64,000 nt of DNA from Leucoraja erinacea (taxonomy: Eukaryota), in NCBI RefSeq assembly GCF_028641065.1, contig NC_073394.1, forward strand, positions 20,150,001 through 20,214,000. Direction: 5' to 3'. Position numbers and translations under genes: made by a program. How positions within the stretch are numbered: position 1 is the first letter of the stretch; each line of letters begins with the position of its first letter. The notes below the pieces were generated by a model. That model ran no database searches, had not been told where the DNA came from, and worked only from the letters and a program-made list of their open reading frames with translations. Of the stretch, positions 13,700-27,655 are shown piece after piece.

Positions 13700-15121
13700 A
13701 GTGCCCTGCATGTTTGGGACAAAGAGCCATAATTTATTTATTTGCCTCTGCACTCCACAATTTACGATTTATAATAGAGAAAAAAAAAAATCACATGTGG
13801 CTAAAGTGCACATTATCAGATTTATTAAAGGCCAATGTTATACATTTGGTTTCAATATGTAGAAATTACACATCTCTCCCCCCCCCCCCCCACCTACTCT
13901 TTTATTGCCGTTTATCAACAGGAGGACCAGAGTTGTGCCAAAGAAGCCATTACGAGACTGAGAAACAAGAATAAAACTGTTACATCAGCCAAACATTAGA
14001 CTTACCAAAATCAACTGTTTAGAACTTCATTAAGAAGAAAGAGAGCCCTGGTGAGGTTACTAATCGCAAAGGGACTGGCAGGGCAAGGAAGACCTCCACA
14101 GCTGATGATAGAATTATTTCTATAATTAAAATAAAATCCCCAAACATGTGCCCGATAGATCAGAAATACTCTTCAGGAGTCAGATGTGGATTTGTCAATG
14201 ACCACTGTCCGCAGAAGACTTCATGAACAGAAATACAGAGGCTACACGGCAAGATGCAAACCACTGGTTAGCCGCAAAAATAGGATGGCCAGGATTTGCC
14301 AAGTACTTAAAAGAGCAACCACAGTTCTGGAAAAAGGTCTTGTGGACACATAAGGTGAAGATTAACATATCAGAGTGATGGCAAGAGCATAGTATGGAGG
14401 AGAGAAGTAACTGCCCAAGATTCAAAGCATACCACAACATCTGTGAAATGGCCTGGGCATGTGTGGCTACTGAAGGACCTGGATCACTGATCTTCATTGA
14501 TGATACAACTGCTGATGGTAGTAGCATAATGAATACTGAAGTGTATACACATCCTATCTGCTCAAGTTCAAATAAATGCCTCAAAACTCATTGGCCGGCG
14601 GTTCATTCTACAGCAAGTGAATGATCCCAAACATACTGCTAAAGCAACAAAGGAGTTTTTCCAAAGCTTAAAAATGGTCAATCCTTGAGTGGCCAAGTCA
14701 ATCACCCGAGCTGAACCCTGAGCTGAAAAGCATGCATTTTATACGCTGAAGAGAAAACTGAAGGGGACTAGCCTCCAAAACAAGTATAAGCTAAAGATGG
14801 CTGCAATACAGGCCTGGCAGAGCATCACCAGAGAAGACACCCAGTATCTGGTGATGTCCATGAATCGCAGACTTCAGTCAGTGCACGCGAAGGATATGCA
14901 CCAAAGTACTAAACATGACTACTTTCATTTACATGAAATTGCCGTGTCCCAAACATTATGGTGCCCTAAGATGGGGGAAGCTATATATAAACACTGCTGT
15001 AATTTCTACATGGTGAAACCAAAATGTATAAAAATGGCCTTTATTAAAATCTGACGATGTGCACTTTAACCACCTGTAACTAGATGATGGGTCTTTGTCC
15101 CAAACATTATGGAGAGCACTG
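13700..15121 (+). mobile_element. Tc1-like DNA transposon with decayed transposase
   Basis: Degenerate TIRs sharing ATGTTTGGGACAAAGA.CCAT; right end ...GAGCACTG+TA; frameshifted motifs MAWACVATEGPGSL, QQ.NDPKHTAK, WPSQSPELNP. Confidence 0.85.
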
Positions 15122-15387
15122 TACATCTTTTCGATCTCCCCCTACAGTGAAATACATTTTGAATATATTACACATGCAGGCGCTGTCATTATTCAAAGTC
15201 TGGCCCACCCACACGCTTGGAGTACAGCAGTTCACACCAACGCATGTCCCTCTCCCCTCCTTGCCATCTTTTTGTCCCGGGACACATCTTGCAGCATACC
15301 TATAGGTGCTGGAAGCATTACCCAGATTCTCAAATCCTTCTTTTCCAGCTCCCTCCCAGTTATGCTGTCTGCCAAGCCCTCAGGAAG

Positions 15388-15922
15388 CAGAGCTGCCAAG
15401 AAGTACGGATTCCTGTATTTTGTACGGAAATGCAATAAGAATACAGATGCACGGATTTTATTTATTTATTTTTAATTGGCCCGACTTCCTGGTTCATCTT
15501 GCTGCTTAAAAAGCACGGATATAAAAAGTCATACTGTAACTCTACAAACTATAGCAGATTAAACCTATTAGTATTTTTAATTTCAAGATCTGGATGATTA
15601 TTTTTGTAAATTTGATCTGCCTGTCCTGCTCCAGGTTTAAATAGCGCTGTCAGTTTAGCGTGTGGGAATTTAAACGAACAGCACTATGGGTTCTAATTAT
15701 AGTGCTACCAGCTGGAGCGCTATTGCCTTTACACATAGCGCTATGGCCAGACTGTTTGGGGAGGGAGAGAGGGAGGGAGTGAAAGGAGAGGGAGGGAGGG
15801 AAAGAGGAAGGAGGGAGAGCAAAATGGCACTGCGTAAAAATACCGATTTCCTCAGCATAATACTGATTTTCAGGTACCTGTACTAGAATACTGAAATGCT
15901 CTCAGAAAACTTGGCAGCTCTA
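15388..15922. mobile_element. Non-autonomous DNA transposon with hAT-like ends
   Basis: CAGAGCTGCCAA ... TTGGCAGCTCTA inverted ends; no clean TSD. Confidence 0.5.
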
Positions 15923-17911
15923 AGAAAGGTTCCCAATGCTGCTGACCACACGCCTTCAGACAAGGACCCGTCTATCGCAAGCCTTTGGGTAGGTTTCTGG
16001 TCCTGCTTAAGAGATCATGACAGGTGAGCCAGGGCTACCGGGCAAGTCCTCCAAGGTCAGTCTGCGGCAGGCGAGTCGGGCCTGGTTGCCAGGCGCATCC
16101 TGGCCCGCTATATACACACACTTTTATAAGATCACCCTCTGCTCATGCTCCAAGGAATAAAGTCCTAGCATGCTCTACCTCGCTACAATTTGGACCATCA
16201 AGTTCTGGCAACGTGCTCCTAAATCTTCTCTGCACTCTTTCCAGCTTAACATCTTTCCTTTGGCATGGTGACCGAACCTGAACACAATACAGCCAATGCA
16301 GACCACACTAACATCTTGTACAACTGTAACATAACATCACAACTTCTACATTCAATACCCTGACTGATGAAGTCCAATGTACTGAAAAACCTTATTGACC
16401 ACCCTATCTACCTGCAATACCACTTTCAAGGATTCATGTGACCTGTACTCTGAGATCCCTCTGCTCTACCACTCCTCAGAATCCTGCCATTCACTGCAAA
16501 GGTTATGCTCTGGTTTGACTTCCCCAAATGCAACACCTCACACTTATCTGCATTGAACTCCACTTGCTGTTCCTCAGCCCACTTGATCAAGATCCTGCTG
16601 TAATATGCCTAACCAAGTCTCTTGAATGCCATCATACTACCATCCCAGCAGGGCAATCCAGGCATTCACCACTATGTAAAAAGCTTGCGCTATACATCTT
16701 TGTACTTTGCCCCTCTCACCTCGAATCCTGTAGTATTTGATATTTCCATTCTGGGAAATGGTTCTGACAGTCCACCCTACCTCTGCCTCTCAATTTAATA
16801 TACTTCTATCAGGTCTCTTATGTAGCTTCTGGCATTCCAGAGAAACCAATGAAAGTCTGTCCAATTTCTCCATGTAACCAATACCCTCTAGCCAAAGCAT
16901 CATTGTGGTATCTTCCTGGATGCCTTTCCAAAGCCTCAACATCCTCTCTAAATTGGGACAATCAGAACTGCATGCAGTGCTCCAAAGTCTTATGAGGCTG
17001 CATTATAACTTCCCGAAGGTAGACACAAAATGTTGCAGTAACTCAGCGGGACAGCAACATCTCTGGAGAGAAGGAATGGGTGACATTTTGGGTCAAGACC
17101 CTTCTTCAGTAACTTCCTGACATGTACTCATTGCCCTAGCCAATAAAGAGGCTAATTTACAATTATCTAATTGAGTTACTATTTTCAGGGAGTTATGGAC
17201 CCCAAGATCTCTTAATCCCAGAAAAATAATTTGGGAGACGAGATGGTGTGGGTAGAATTATAAAATGTAATTTATGTAAATGAGCAGAAATGGGTGTTTG
17301 ATGGTCAGCATGGTAGATGGAAGGGACATTCTATTTTCTCTAGTCAAATAAAATACATTTTCACTTGGACAATATTGATCTCTGCATATTCAAATCATTC
17401 CCTGATTTACAATCAAACCCAGAGGCAAGCCATACACCAAAGTATTGGTCAGAATATAGTGCAGCACAGGAGCAGGCCCATTGGCTCATGACATCTGAGC
17501 TATGACTCAGTTTGTCCAATTAAAAAAAACTTGCCAGCTATATACTTTCCTTCCTGCTCTTGACAGCTAATTTTCCTTAAGTATAAATTTTGTTCCTTTC
17601 TAAAATTAGTTTCCCTTTGACCCATGTATTAAAATATACAGCAATGTACAAAATCAATAAAGTGAAGTCAGCCGAGATCAAGGGACCAAACTAATCGACT
17701 GCTAATCTCCATTTAAATTTGCAAACGTAATAATCTTCAACACCAGGTAAAAACTCTGTTCCACTTTAGTGATTTAATGTCTCTGGCTTACATAAAAAGT
17801 AAATTTTTTAGAAAAATAAATTTGGTGACTAAGGGAAGGAACAATTTCTTCCACCATCTATAACAATTTAAAAAAATGAAAACGTTAGCGACCAGTTAAA
17901 AGTGAGTTTTT

Positions 17912-17921
17912 TTTATTTATT
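17912..17921 (-). terminator. RPL27A: RPL27A polyadenylation signal (overlapping AATAAA)
   Basis: TTTATTTATT on + strand about 20 nt past the stop codon. Confidence 0.75.
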
Positions 17922-17937
17922 CTTACACAGTTAAACG

Positions 17938-18078
<141 letters not shown>

Positions 18079-18958
18079 TTAAAATGTGTTATTGACAGTC
18101 CAAGGATGCATTTTAAAGAGAAATCAAGACCCAGCAGGCATAGAGGCGAGAGGGGAAAGCTATAATAGGAATCCGAGTGGTACCTTCTTCCACAGAGGAT
18201 GGGTATTTGAAACAAGCCGCCATGGTAAGTAGATGAGGCAGGTATAACATTTAAAAGACACTGACATGTAAATGTATAGCAAAAAAAGGGATATGGGCCA
18301 ACTGCAGGCAAATGGTACAAGTTTGAATGGAGCATCTTGGTTGGTATGGGAAAGTTGGACGAGAGCCTGTTTTCATGCAGCAAGACTACAAGTAGATATA
18401 GGATATAGAAGTCTTGGAGAGGATGCAGTGGATATCAGGATGCTGTCTGGATTAGTATAAAGAGAGATTGGACAAACTTGGTCCACTGTGGGGCATAGAA
18501 GGGATCCGAAAAAAAGTTTATAAAATGATGGGTATAGATAGGGCACTGTTAAGAGACACACAGCAGAACAATGGAACCAGATGCAAAAGTGGCATCTGAG
18601 ACTTTTAAACAGGCACACAAATATGCAGAGAATGTTTCATACGTAGACTGAAGAGGATAGTTTAATTTAGCATCCATATCTGGCACATGGTCAACATGAC
18701 CAAAAGAGACCCTTTTGGTCCAACTTACTCATGCTGACCATGATGCCCCATCAAAGTTAGTTAGTTCACATTCACCCATGTCCCTCTAAACCAGTACCAT
18801 CCATGTGCCTGTCTAAATGTATTTTAAAAATTGTACCTGCTACTTCCTCTGACAGCTCATTCCATACAGCCACCACTTAAAAAAAAAACCCCACCAGGTT
18901 CCAATTATATTTTCTCCCTATCCCCTTAATCCTAGGCTCTCTATTTTTTATTCTGCTG

Positions 18959-18960
<2 letters not shown>

Positions 18961-18995
<35 letters not shown>
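18961..18995 (+). repeat. Poly-G tract (similar G/C runs at ~29137, ~54698, ~62950)
   Basis: Directly visible homopolymer. Confidence 0.9.
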
Positions 18996-18996
<1 letters not shown>

Positions 18997-20209
18997 ATGA
19001 CGACGACACGGGGACATTCATCCTACCTATTCCCCTCATGGTTTTAGCCACCTCTACAATATCACACTTCAGCCACCCGTGTCAGGAATAAAGTCAGACT
19101 GCCCAAACTCAACCCATAGCTCAAGCCCTCAACTGTAACATGCCAAAAGCTTTCTTCACTATCCCATCTACCAGTGATGCCACTTTCAGGAAACTAGGTA
19201 CTTATATTTTAGATTCCTCTGTTCTACAATACTACCCAGGCCCCAATGGTTTAACTGTGAAGGTTCTGCCCTACTGAGACTTCCCAAAATGTAATACAAC
19301 TTACACAAATAACCTCCATTAGCCATTCCTCAGACTTCTTGCTCCACTGTCATTCTTGATAATAACCTTCAATGTCTATACCACCCATTTTTGTGTCATC
19401 TGTGAACTGACTATTTTTGCCTTGTACATTTTCATCTAAATCATTGATATTGATGAAAAACAGCAATAGACTTAGCACAAATCCCAAACATATCAATGCC
19501 CATAGGCCTCCAATGAGGAAAAACAACCTTCCACCACCACCCTTTGCTTTCTACCATGAAGCAAATTCTGTATCCAGCTAGCTAGCTCACTGGATCCCAT
19601 GGAACCTAACCTTCCAGAGCAGCCTACAATGTGGAACCATAATGTTTGGAGGTCCACATTGCGATGTCTATGACTCTTCTCTGATCAACCTCCCTGATTG
19701 CTCAGCACTAATTCCCCCTCCCATTCCCAATCTGTCCTTTTGGACCTGGGCCTCCTCCATTATCAGAGTGAGGCCAAGTGCAAATTGGAGGAACAGCACC
19801 TCATATTTCGCTTGGATAGCTTACACCCCAAAGGTGTGAACATTGACTTCTCCAACCTCAAATACCATTTGCTTTCGCTCTCTCTCCATCCCCTCCCCCT
19901 TCCCAGTTGTCCCACCAGTCTTATTGTCACTAACTACATTCTATCTCTATCCCACCCACTCCCCTGACATCAGTCTGAAGAGGGTCTCAACTCGAAACAT
20001 TACCCATTCCTTCTCTCCAGAGATGTTGATTGTCCCGCTGAGTTACTTCAGCATTTTGTCAACCTTCTTGGCTACTTAGCCTACCAAGTCCACACCGACC
20101 AGCAATCCCCACACAATAACACATAAACCTGTACGTCTTTGGAGTGTAGGAGGAAAACAAAAATCTCGGAGAAACCCCAATCACGGGATGAACATACAAA
20201 CTTCGTAAG

Positions 20210-21156
20210 ACAAGTTCAAGTTTATTGTCGTGTGTCCCTGATAGGACAATGAAATTATTGCATTGCTTCAGCACACAGAACATAATAGGCATTGACTACA
20301 AAACACATGAATAAATAAACTGATAAAGTGCAAACAACAAATAATGGGTTATTAATGTTCAGAGTTTTGGCCGAGCCAGGTTTAATAGCCTGATGGCTGT
20401 GGGGAAGTAGCTATTCCTGAACCTGGTCGTTGCAGTCTTCAGGCTCCTGTACCTTCTACCTGAAGGTAGCAGGGAGATGAGTGTGTGGCCAGGATGGTGT
20501 GGGTCTTTGATGATACTGCCAGCCTTTGAGGCAGCGGCTTCGATAAATCCCCTCGATGGAAGGAAGTTCAGAGCCGATGATGGACTGGGCAGTGTTTACT
20601 ACTTTTTGTACTCTCTTCCTCTCCAGGGCGCTCAAGTTGCCAAACCAAGACACGATGCAACCGGTCAGCATGCTCTCTACTGTGCACCTGTAGAAGTTAG
20701 AGAGTCCCCCTTGACAAATCGACTCTCCGTAATCTTCTCAGGAAGTAGAGGCGCCGATGTGCTTTCTTGATAATTGCATCAGTGTTCTCGGACCAGGAAA
20801 GATCTTCAGAGAAGTCTGAAGAAGGGTTTCGGCCCGAAACGTTGCCCATTTCCTTCGCTCCATAGATGCTGCTGCACCCGCTGAGTTTCTCCAGCTTTTT
20901 TGTGTACCTAAGATCTTCAGAGATGTGCATGCCCAGGAATTTGAAGCTCTTGAGCCATTCAACAATTGACCCTTTGATATAAACGGGACTGGGTCCCCAT
21001 CCTACTCCTTCCAAAGTCCACAATCAGTTCCTTGGGTTTGCTGGTGTTGAGGGCCAGGTTATTGTGCTGGCACCACATGGACAGTTGCTCAATCTCTCTT
21101 CTATACTCGGACTCATCCCCATCAGTGATACGTCCCACAACAGTGGTGTCGTCAGC
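20210..21156 (-). mobile_element. Rex1/Babar LINE fragment interrupted by a 97-bp insertion
   Basis: ORFs with ADDTTVVGRI, FKFLGMHISEDL, LTGCIVSWFGN...VVNTAQSIIG. Confidence 0.85.
20813..20909 (+). mobile_element. 97-bp Penelope-terminus mini-insertion with hammerhead-like core and 14-bp TSD
   Basis: AAGATCTTCAGAGA at 20799-20812 and 20910-20923; insert starts AGTCTGAAGAAGGGTTTCGGCCCGAAACGTT. Confidence 0.85.
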
Positions 21157-22029
21157 CAGACAGCACCCGTAGTCGGGATCGAACACGTCTCTGGCACTAA
21201 GGCAGCAACCCTACCGCTGCGCCACCCCACTTCTTAAAAAAAAAAAAAATCACTAGACAGTCTTCCATGCGCACAACCATGCTGACTATCCCAAACCAAC
21301 CAGCATTTCCAAAGGCATGTATATCTTATCTGTCAGGATCCTCTCCAGTAACCCTCCCAACACAAAGGTTGGGCTTGTGTAACTGCGCTAGCCACTAGCA
21401 TCTCTGGAGGACAGGTGACATTGTAGAAAGTCCCACGTTACTACAGCACTGTGTCAATGCATGTTTCCAGCATCTACAGTTCCTTGTGTCTGCAGATGCC
21501 TGGCTGACTGACAGTTCCCAGTTTTTTCTTTGCAGCCCTTCTTAGAGGGACATTAGTCACCCTCCTGTCTTACCTGCGTCTAACAAGAATCCATATATTC
21601 AGAATTTCATATAACCAGGACTTCTGCAATTTATCTTCTAGCTTTCCAGTGTTGGATATCTGATCAGACCCAGGAGATGTATCTACTTCATGCATCTCAA
21701 TTTATTTACTTCGTACATCCAGCCCCACCAACCATATTACATTCCCAGGTTCCCGAGACCATATCTGTCCCAACAGTAAAGAACAGAATTATTGATAACC
21801 TAGCCCCCCCTTTTTCTGTCTTCTCTATTTTCTACTTTTTTTTCCTACTTCCCAAACATCCCTTTGCCTACAAACCACCTACTCCAATCAACGTTAGTAA
21901 GTTCCCATCTAATGCCATTAAAGTTGGCCACGCTCAATGTAGAAATTTACCGTGTGGATCAGCCCTTTCCTTATCCATATCCACATTAAAGCTAATAAAA
22001 TTGTTGCTTCTGGTCCTAAAAGAACAGCA

Positions 22030-22325
22030 GAGTGGCACAAGTAGCTGCTGCCTTACTGCACTTGCAGCGCCAGAGACCTGGGTTCAATCCCAAGTACGGC
22101 TGCTGTCTGTACGGAGTTTGTACTTTCTCCCCATGACTACATGGGTCCGAGATCTTTGGTTTCCTCCCACACTCTAAAGGTCTACAGGTTTGTAGGTTAA
22201 TTGGCTTAGTACAAGTGTAAAGATTGTCCCTAATGCGTGTGTAGGATAGTGTTAATGTGCAGGGACCACTGGCTGGCACGGACTCAGTAGGTTGAAGAAC
22301 CTGTTTCCGTGCTGCATCTAAACTA
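22030..22325 (+). mobile_element. HE1/V-SINE-like tRNA-derived SINE
   Basis: B-box-like GGTTCAATCCC, core GGAGTTTGTACTTTCTCCCC, (CTAAA)n tail. Confidence 0.75.
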
Positions 22326-23005
22326 AACGGCTTGGCCACTGGTACGAGACTTTGGCGAGGGCATATTGTGCTCAGTTTCGGTCACCCCGTTATGGAAAAA
22401 TATTACGCTGAAAAGGGTGAAGAAAAGATTTACAAGGATGTTGCCAGGAAAGAAGGCCTGAGCTATAGGTAGAGGTTGAGCAAGCTTGGACTTTATTTGT
22501 TATAGCACAGGATGAAAAGCACAAAATCTCCAGGAGAGAACTATACAAACAGGCAACACAGGTATTGAATAGTTTGAACAAAGGGACATGGGATTCAGTC
22601 CAAAAAGGACCTTGTTGTTGCCCGATTAGTATTGCGTGCAATTCTGGTCACCCCATACAGGAAGATTATGGAGGCTATGGTATGTAGAGGAGATTCACCA
22701 GAATGAAGACTGGATTAGAGGGTATTATCTACCACAGGAGGTTGGACAGGCTGCTTATTTTCTCTAGAAGGCCAGAGGTTGAGGGGAGACCCAATAGAAG
22801 CATATAAAATGAGGCACAGATACAATAGTCAGAACCTTTTTCAAACTATGAATATAGCAAATACGAGGGGGCACAGATTCAAGGTGAGAGGGCAAAGTTT
22901 AAAGACGCATGGGGCAGGTTTATATAGTGTGGCAAGTGCCTCGAATGTGCTGCCGGGGGTGGCGGACGCAGATAGAAAAGGGGTCCATTCACTATTTTGC
23001 AGTGA

Positions 23006-23134
23006 TGATGTCACTAATTTTGTGGCTGACTGGGCTACAAAAGTCACAGCCAGTGAATAATATCAGTGATTACTCTACGAAAGCTCTAGCACACCAAAAC
23101 AACGGAAATGTAAGGGCGTGACTCTAGCCTCGAA
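23006..23134 (-). ncRNA. SNORA3: H/ACA snoRNA SNORA3 (ACA3/SNORA45 family), intron 4 of RPL27A
   Basis: Minus strand reads TCGAGGCTAGAGTCACGC...GTGTGCTAGAG...AGAGTA (H box)...TTATTCACTGGCTGTG...CAGTCAG...ACA+3 nt, matching recalled ACA3; RPL27A is the known host. Confidence 0.93.
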
Positions 23135-24550
23135 TCCTGAGAATTGAGTACTAATTCTGTTATTTAACCAAAGCTTCATGCTCCATATTGAAAACTAGCT
23201 CTGCATGATCACCGATTGGTCAGACAGCATTTAATTTCTGTGCATACACTTCATACGCCCAGTCTGCCTTGGCCAATGTGATCTCCCGAAATGGCACCTA
23301 TTATTTTTCTCCAGAGATGCTGTCTTACCCTCGGAGTTACTCTAGCAATTTGTGTCCATCTTTGGTATAAACCAGCATCAGCTCCTTCCTACATATACAC
23401 ATTAATTTGTTTTAGTGCTATTTACACCTTACATTGCAAAATCAAATGCCACTAAACAGAGGCAGCAAAATCTGTCTTGCTCTAACCAATTAAAGTAAGC
23501 ACATCTTTACGATGTGGAAAGAACAAGAGCTTTAGGTAGAAACTCTCCCAGTCCAAGGGAGAATGTGCAAACTCTACAAGGATCCCTGGAACTGAGGCAG
23601 TCACAATAACTAGTGCAGCAGGAAGCCACTATGATTGTTTGAAGAATCAAGTTATCAAGAAGCACATTAGGTCACGAATGAAGACAAATTATGAAAGGAT
23701 AAAAATGTGAATGACAATCAATCAAGTGCAATAGCATACTTTGGATGATAAATATTTTCTTAATGGCAAGACTAAGAATAGTGGCAGAGAAATGGAAGGT
23801 GGATGGCACTCAGTTCAAAGTGAGGGCAAGCATACTTCAGATCCCCCAAACTTACAATCACCAGACCTATGCACAGCCATATACAAGAAACAACTTTTGA
23901 GGCCAGCAGGATAGCTTAAGTAAGTAATTTTTATTTATATAGCACGTTTTAAGTCAACTCGTATTAACACCAAAGTGCTTTACATAAAATACACACAAAG
24001 TTTCCATACAAACCAGAGAAAAAGCTTGTCATAGTCAAACAGCACTGAAATAGGCCCTTCGGCATACATTGCCCATGCCGACCAAGTTCGCATACCAGCC
24101 GAGCCCAATATGCCTGCATTTGGTCCATTGCCCTCTAAAACCTTCTAATCCATTTACAAGTCACAGTATCCACTTCTACATGTTCCTCTGGCAGCCAATT
24201 CCAGAGACAGACTATCCTTAGCATGAAATAGTTGCCCAATGCGCCTTTAAAATCTCTCTCCCCTCACCCTAGGCCTATGCCCTATACACTGGGAAAATGT
24301 GACTGCTCAGTTTACCCATTCCTCACAATGTCACCACACAGCCTTCTATGTTTCAAAAAAGTCCCATCATAAGATCACGTTAGGAGCAGAATTGGGCCAT
24401 TCAGCCCATCAAGTCAATCATGGCTGATCTATCCCTCCCTCTTAAACCCATTATCCTGCCTTCTCATAACGTATGACATCTGTACTAATCAAGAAACCCT
24501 CACCTGCAAATGATTGGAAAAATTTGAAACCAACATGTGGCACTACTTAC

Positions 24551-24725
24551 TGCATGTACAACATCAATAACGGGTGCTGGTCCTTCAGGCTTTTTAGCAT
24601 AGTTTAATCTGGTTTGTTCACTAACCAGTGTCCACAATTTATCCAGATTTATGGTAGGACAGAATAACTGGCACTTCTTTAAATGGAAATGTCTCATACC
24701 AACTTTTCCGAAATAACCAGGATGA
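24551..24725 (-). CDS. RPL27A: RPL27A exon 4
   Basis: [58 protein letters not shown]; ag/gtaagt boundaries. Confidence 0.97.
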
Positions 24726-25505
24726 CTGAAAAATAATGGGTGGTAAAATCAAATCTTGTCAGCATTAATAAACCATACATTTTCCATACAAAATTCAACC
24801 AAATCAAACAAGCATTTTTTTTAAAGTATCATTTAAGGAGTTATTCCTTAAATGATACTTAAAAAAACCCCACTAGTTTGATCAAACCTACTAACACTTT
24901 TAAAGTCAGGTGAAAATTAAGAATCTTCATCCCCGCTGCACGGAACAGTCCAGCACAGGACCACAGTACACCACAATGTTTGTGCCGAACATGATGCAGT
25001 AAAACTGAACTCACCTGCCTGTACAAGATCCATATCCCTCTATACAAAGAAACAGCTGGAGTAACTCAGCAGGACAGGCAGCGTCTCTGGATAGAAGGAA
25101 TGGACTTTATGGACTAGACTGAAGAAGTCTCGACTCAAAATGTCATCCACTCCTTCTATCCCGAGTTGCTGCCTGTCCCCATAGTTACTCCAGCATTTTG
25201 TGTCTATCTTCAGGGTAAATCAGCATCTGAAGTTTCTTCCTACACATCCATATTCCTCTATCCCCCGCATTCCCATGAGCCCATCTAAAACCTCTTAAAC
25301 ACTATACGATAATATCAGCTTCGCTAACGGGATCGCCCTATGCGCGAAGAGTTCACTGGTGCATCTTGTGACCTGGCAACTTTGGAACATCCGTCCGCTC
25401 TAAATGAAATCCGTATAAAGGGGTCCGTTATAAAAAGTTTACTGGAGATACCCCCCACTGTGATCACACTCAAGGATTGAAACACTTATTTGTACAAAAA
25501 CATAC

Positions 25506-25606
<101 letters not shown>

Positions 25607-25663
25607 TCATCTAGTGTTTAAAAAAACACACAAAAAAAAAACAATTTTGCATTTTTGACTCAC

Positions 25664-25727
25664 CAATACGGCCATGACCATGGCTAACGTGCCCTCTCAA
25701 CTTCCTGGTTTTTCTAAATCTGGTGGG
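25664..25727 (-). CDS. RPL27A: RPL27A exon 2
   Basis: [22 protein letters not shown]; tag/gtgagt boundaries. Confidence 0.97.
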
Positions 25728-26659
25728 CTAAAATAAGTTTAAAATGTCAGGTCATTTTGACAATCCAACAACATTGTTTGCAGTCCTGTGATGTACACTA
25801 TTTTAACTAATGCACAAATATAAAAAAAATCATGTCCATGGAGTTTACTATATTTTATTGTAAAATTTCTTGTTTTGAACCAGTTTTTGCAGTCTTTTAT
25901 TTTAACTTTGCAGTTGAATAAACTCTCACCAATTTCTAGATGCGCCATTGAAAACATTTTATCACAACATGGTTTGGGAGTAGCTCCTGTCTGACTGGAG
26001 GAAGTGCAGACAGGTGTGGACGTAGCCCAGACCATCATACAAACCAACCTCCCTTCCATTGACTCCATCTACACTTCACGCTGCCTTGGCATGGATTAAG
26101 GATGAGTCACACTCCCTCTTCTCCCCTCTGGCAAAACACACCTCCAGATTCAGGGACAGTTTCTTCCCAGCTGTTATCAGGAACTGAATCATCCCTTCAC
26201 CAACTAGAGTGGCGACGAGAGAACATTAACAGACATTAATGAACTCACTATAATTATTGGCATTTTCATGTTTTGCTTCCTTCTATTCTCACCTAGATTA
26301 AAACTCTCAATAAACACATTTGAATGAGAGCTTGCCTAAGGCACTGGATGAATTTGCACACAAGAGAATGCAGATGCTAGAATCATACTTTTTAAAAAAA
26401 TGCTGGTAGAACTCTGCAAAACAAACCTGAAACGCCGTCAGTCCGCATCCCACCTCAGATGCCAAACCTGACGGGTTAATTTGTACACAACTCAACCCCA
26501 ATGTTCTCCTCTAGCTCAGGCACTCGAGTCCTACACTTTTTTATACCTCTAGTCTTCCTCCCCCGATTCCTAGCCTGAAGAGTCTCGACCTGAAACGTCA
26601 CCTATTCCTTCTCTCCAGTTATCCCGCTGAGTTACTTCAGCATTTTTGTTTCAACCTGC

Positions 26660-27080
26660 ATCGCCCGGCTAACAGTGAATTCTGCAAGAACCAGGGAGCG
26701 GGAAGCCGGCCGGTCAGCAGCGCATCGCCGCACCGCGCTCAGCTTCTCCTCACTAGGCCGCAAATATAGGCCGGCGAAAACTAGGTGAATTTCGCCAAAT
26801 CACATACAACCCCATAGCGAAATCACCACCCGCTTTACGGGCAGGAGACGCCGCATCGATGCCTACACGTTAAAGCCCGGGATGGTGTCGCCGGGCGGAG
26901 GATGGCGGCGGATTCAGTGCGCGGAGGAGGGCGCAGAGCAGCCGGCTAGACCTACCATCTTGGGCCGTGACGTAAGAGGAGCAATGGCCACGGCGCGCGC
27001 GCTTTTATCCCTCACGCACCGCGCGTTACGCAGCGCATGCGCCGTCACACATCTCCACTATTCAGTCTCCGGGGCGGAGC
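26660..27080 (-). promoter_or_regulatory. RPL27A: RPL27A CpG-island promoter
   Basis: Pyrimidine TCT/5'TOP-like start CTCCTCTT (~26974-26981), TATA-like GATAAAA (~27003-27009), NRF1 palindrome GCGCATGCGC 27033-27042, GC box 27071-27079. Confidence 0.8.
26956..26958 (-). CDS. RPL27A: RPL27A exon 1 coding part (ATG only)
   Basis: CCCAAGATG|gtagg within a CpG island; phase 0 joins exon 2. Confidence 0.9.
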
Positions 27081-27093
27081 ATTCTCAGCCTTT

Positions 27094-27655
27094 AAGAGGG
27101 AACTGCAGATGCTGGAGAATCGAAGGTTACACAAAAAAAGCTGGAGAAACTCAGCGGGTGCAGCAGCATCTATGGAGCGAAGGAAATAGGCAACGTTTCG
27201 GGCCGAAACCCTTCTTCAGACTGATCGGGGGCGGGGGTGGGTGGGGACAAGAAAGGGAAAAGGAGGAGTAGCCAGAAGGCTGGGGGATGGGAGGAGACAG
27301 CAGGGGAGCTGAGGAAGGGGAGGAGACAGCAAGGACTAACAAAATTGGGAGAATTCGATGTTCATGCCCCCGGGGTGCAGACTCCCCAAACGGAATATGA
27401 GGTGCTGTTCCTCCAATTTCCGGTGCTGCTCGCTGTGGCCATGGAGGAGACCCAGGACAGAGAGGTCGGAGGCGGAGTGGGAGGGGGAGTTGAAGTGCTG
27501 AGCCACCGGGAGGTCAGCTTGGTTATTGCGGACCGAGCGGAGGTGTTCGGCGAAACGATCGCCCAACCTCCGCTTGGTCTCACCGATATAGATCTGCTGA
27601 CATCTAGAGCAGCGGACGCAATAGATGAGGTTGGAAGAGATGTTGGAAGAGGTTG
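27094..27655 (-). mobile_element. Young truncated Penelope-like element (GIY-YIG end and terminal region)
   Basis: NLIYCVRCSRCQQIYIGETKRRLGDRFAEH; 15-bp TSD GCATTCTCAGCCTTT at 27079-27093 and 27656-27670. Confidence 0.92.
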
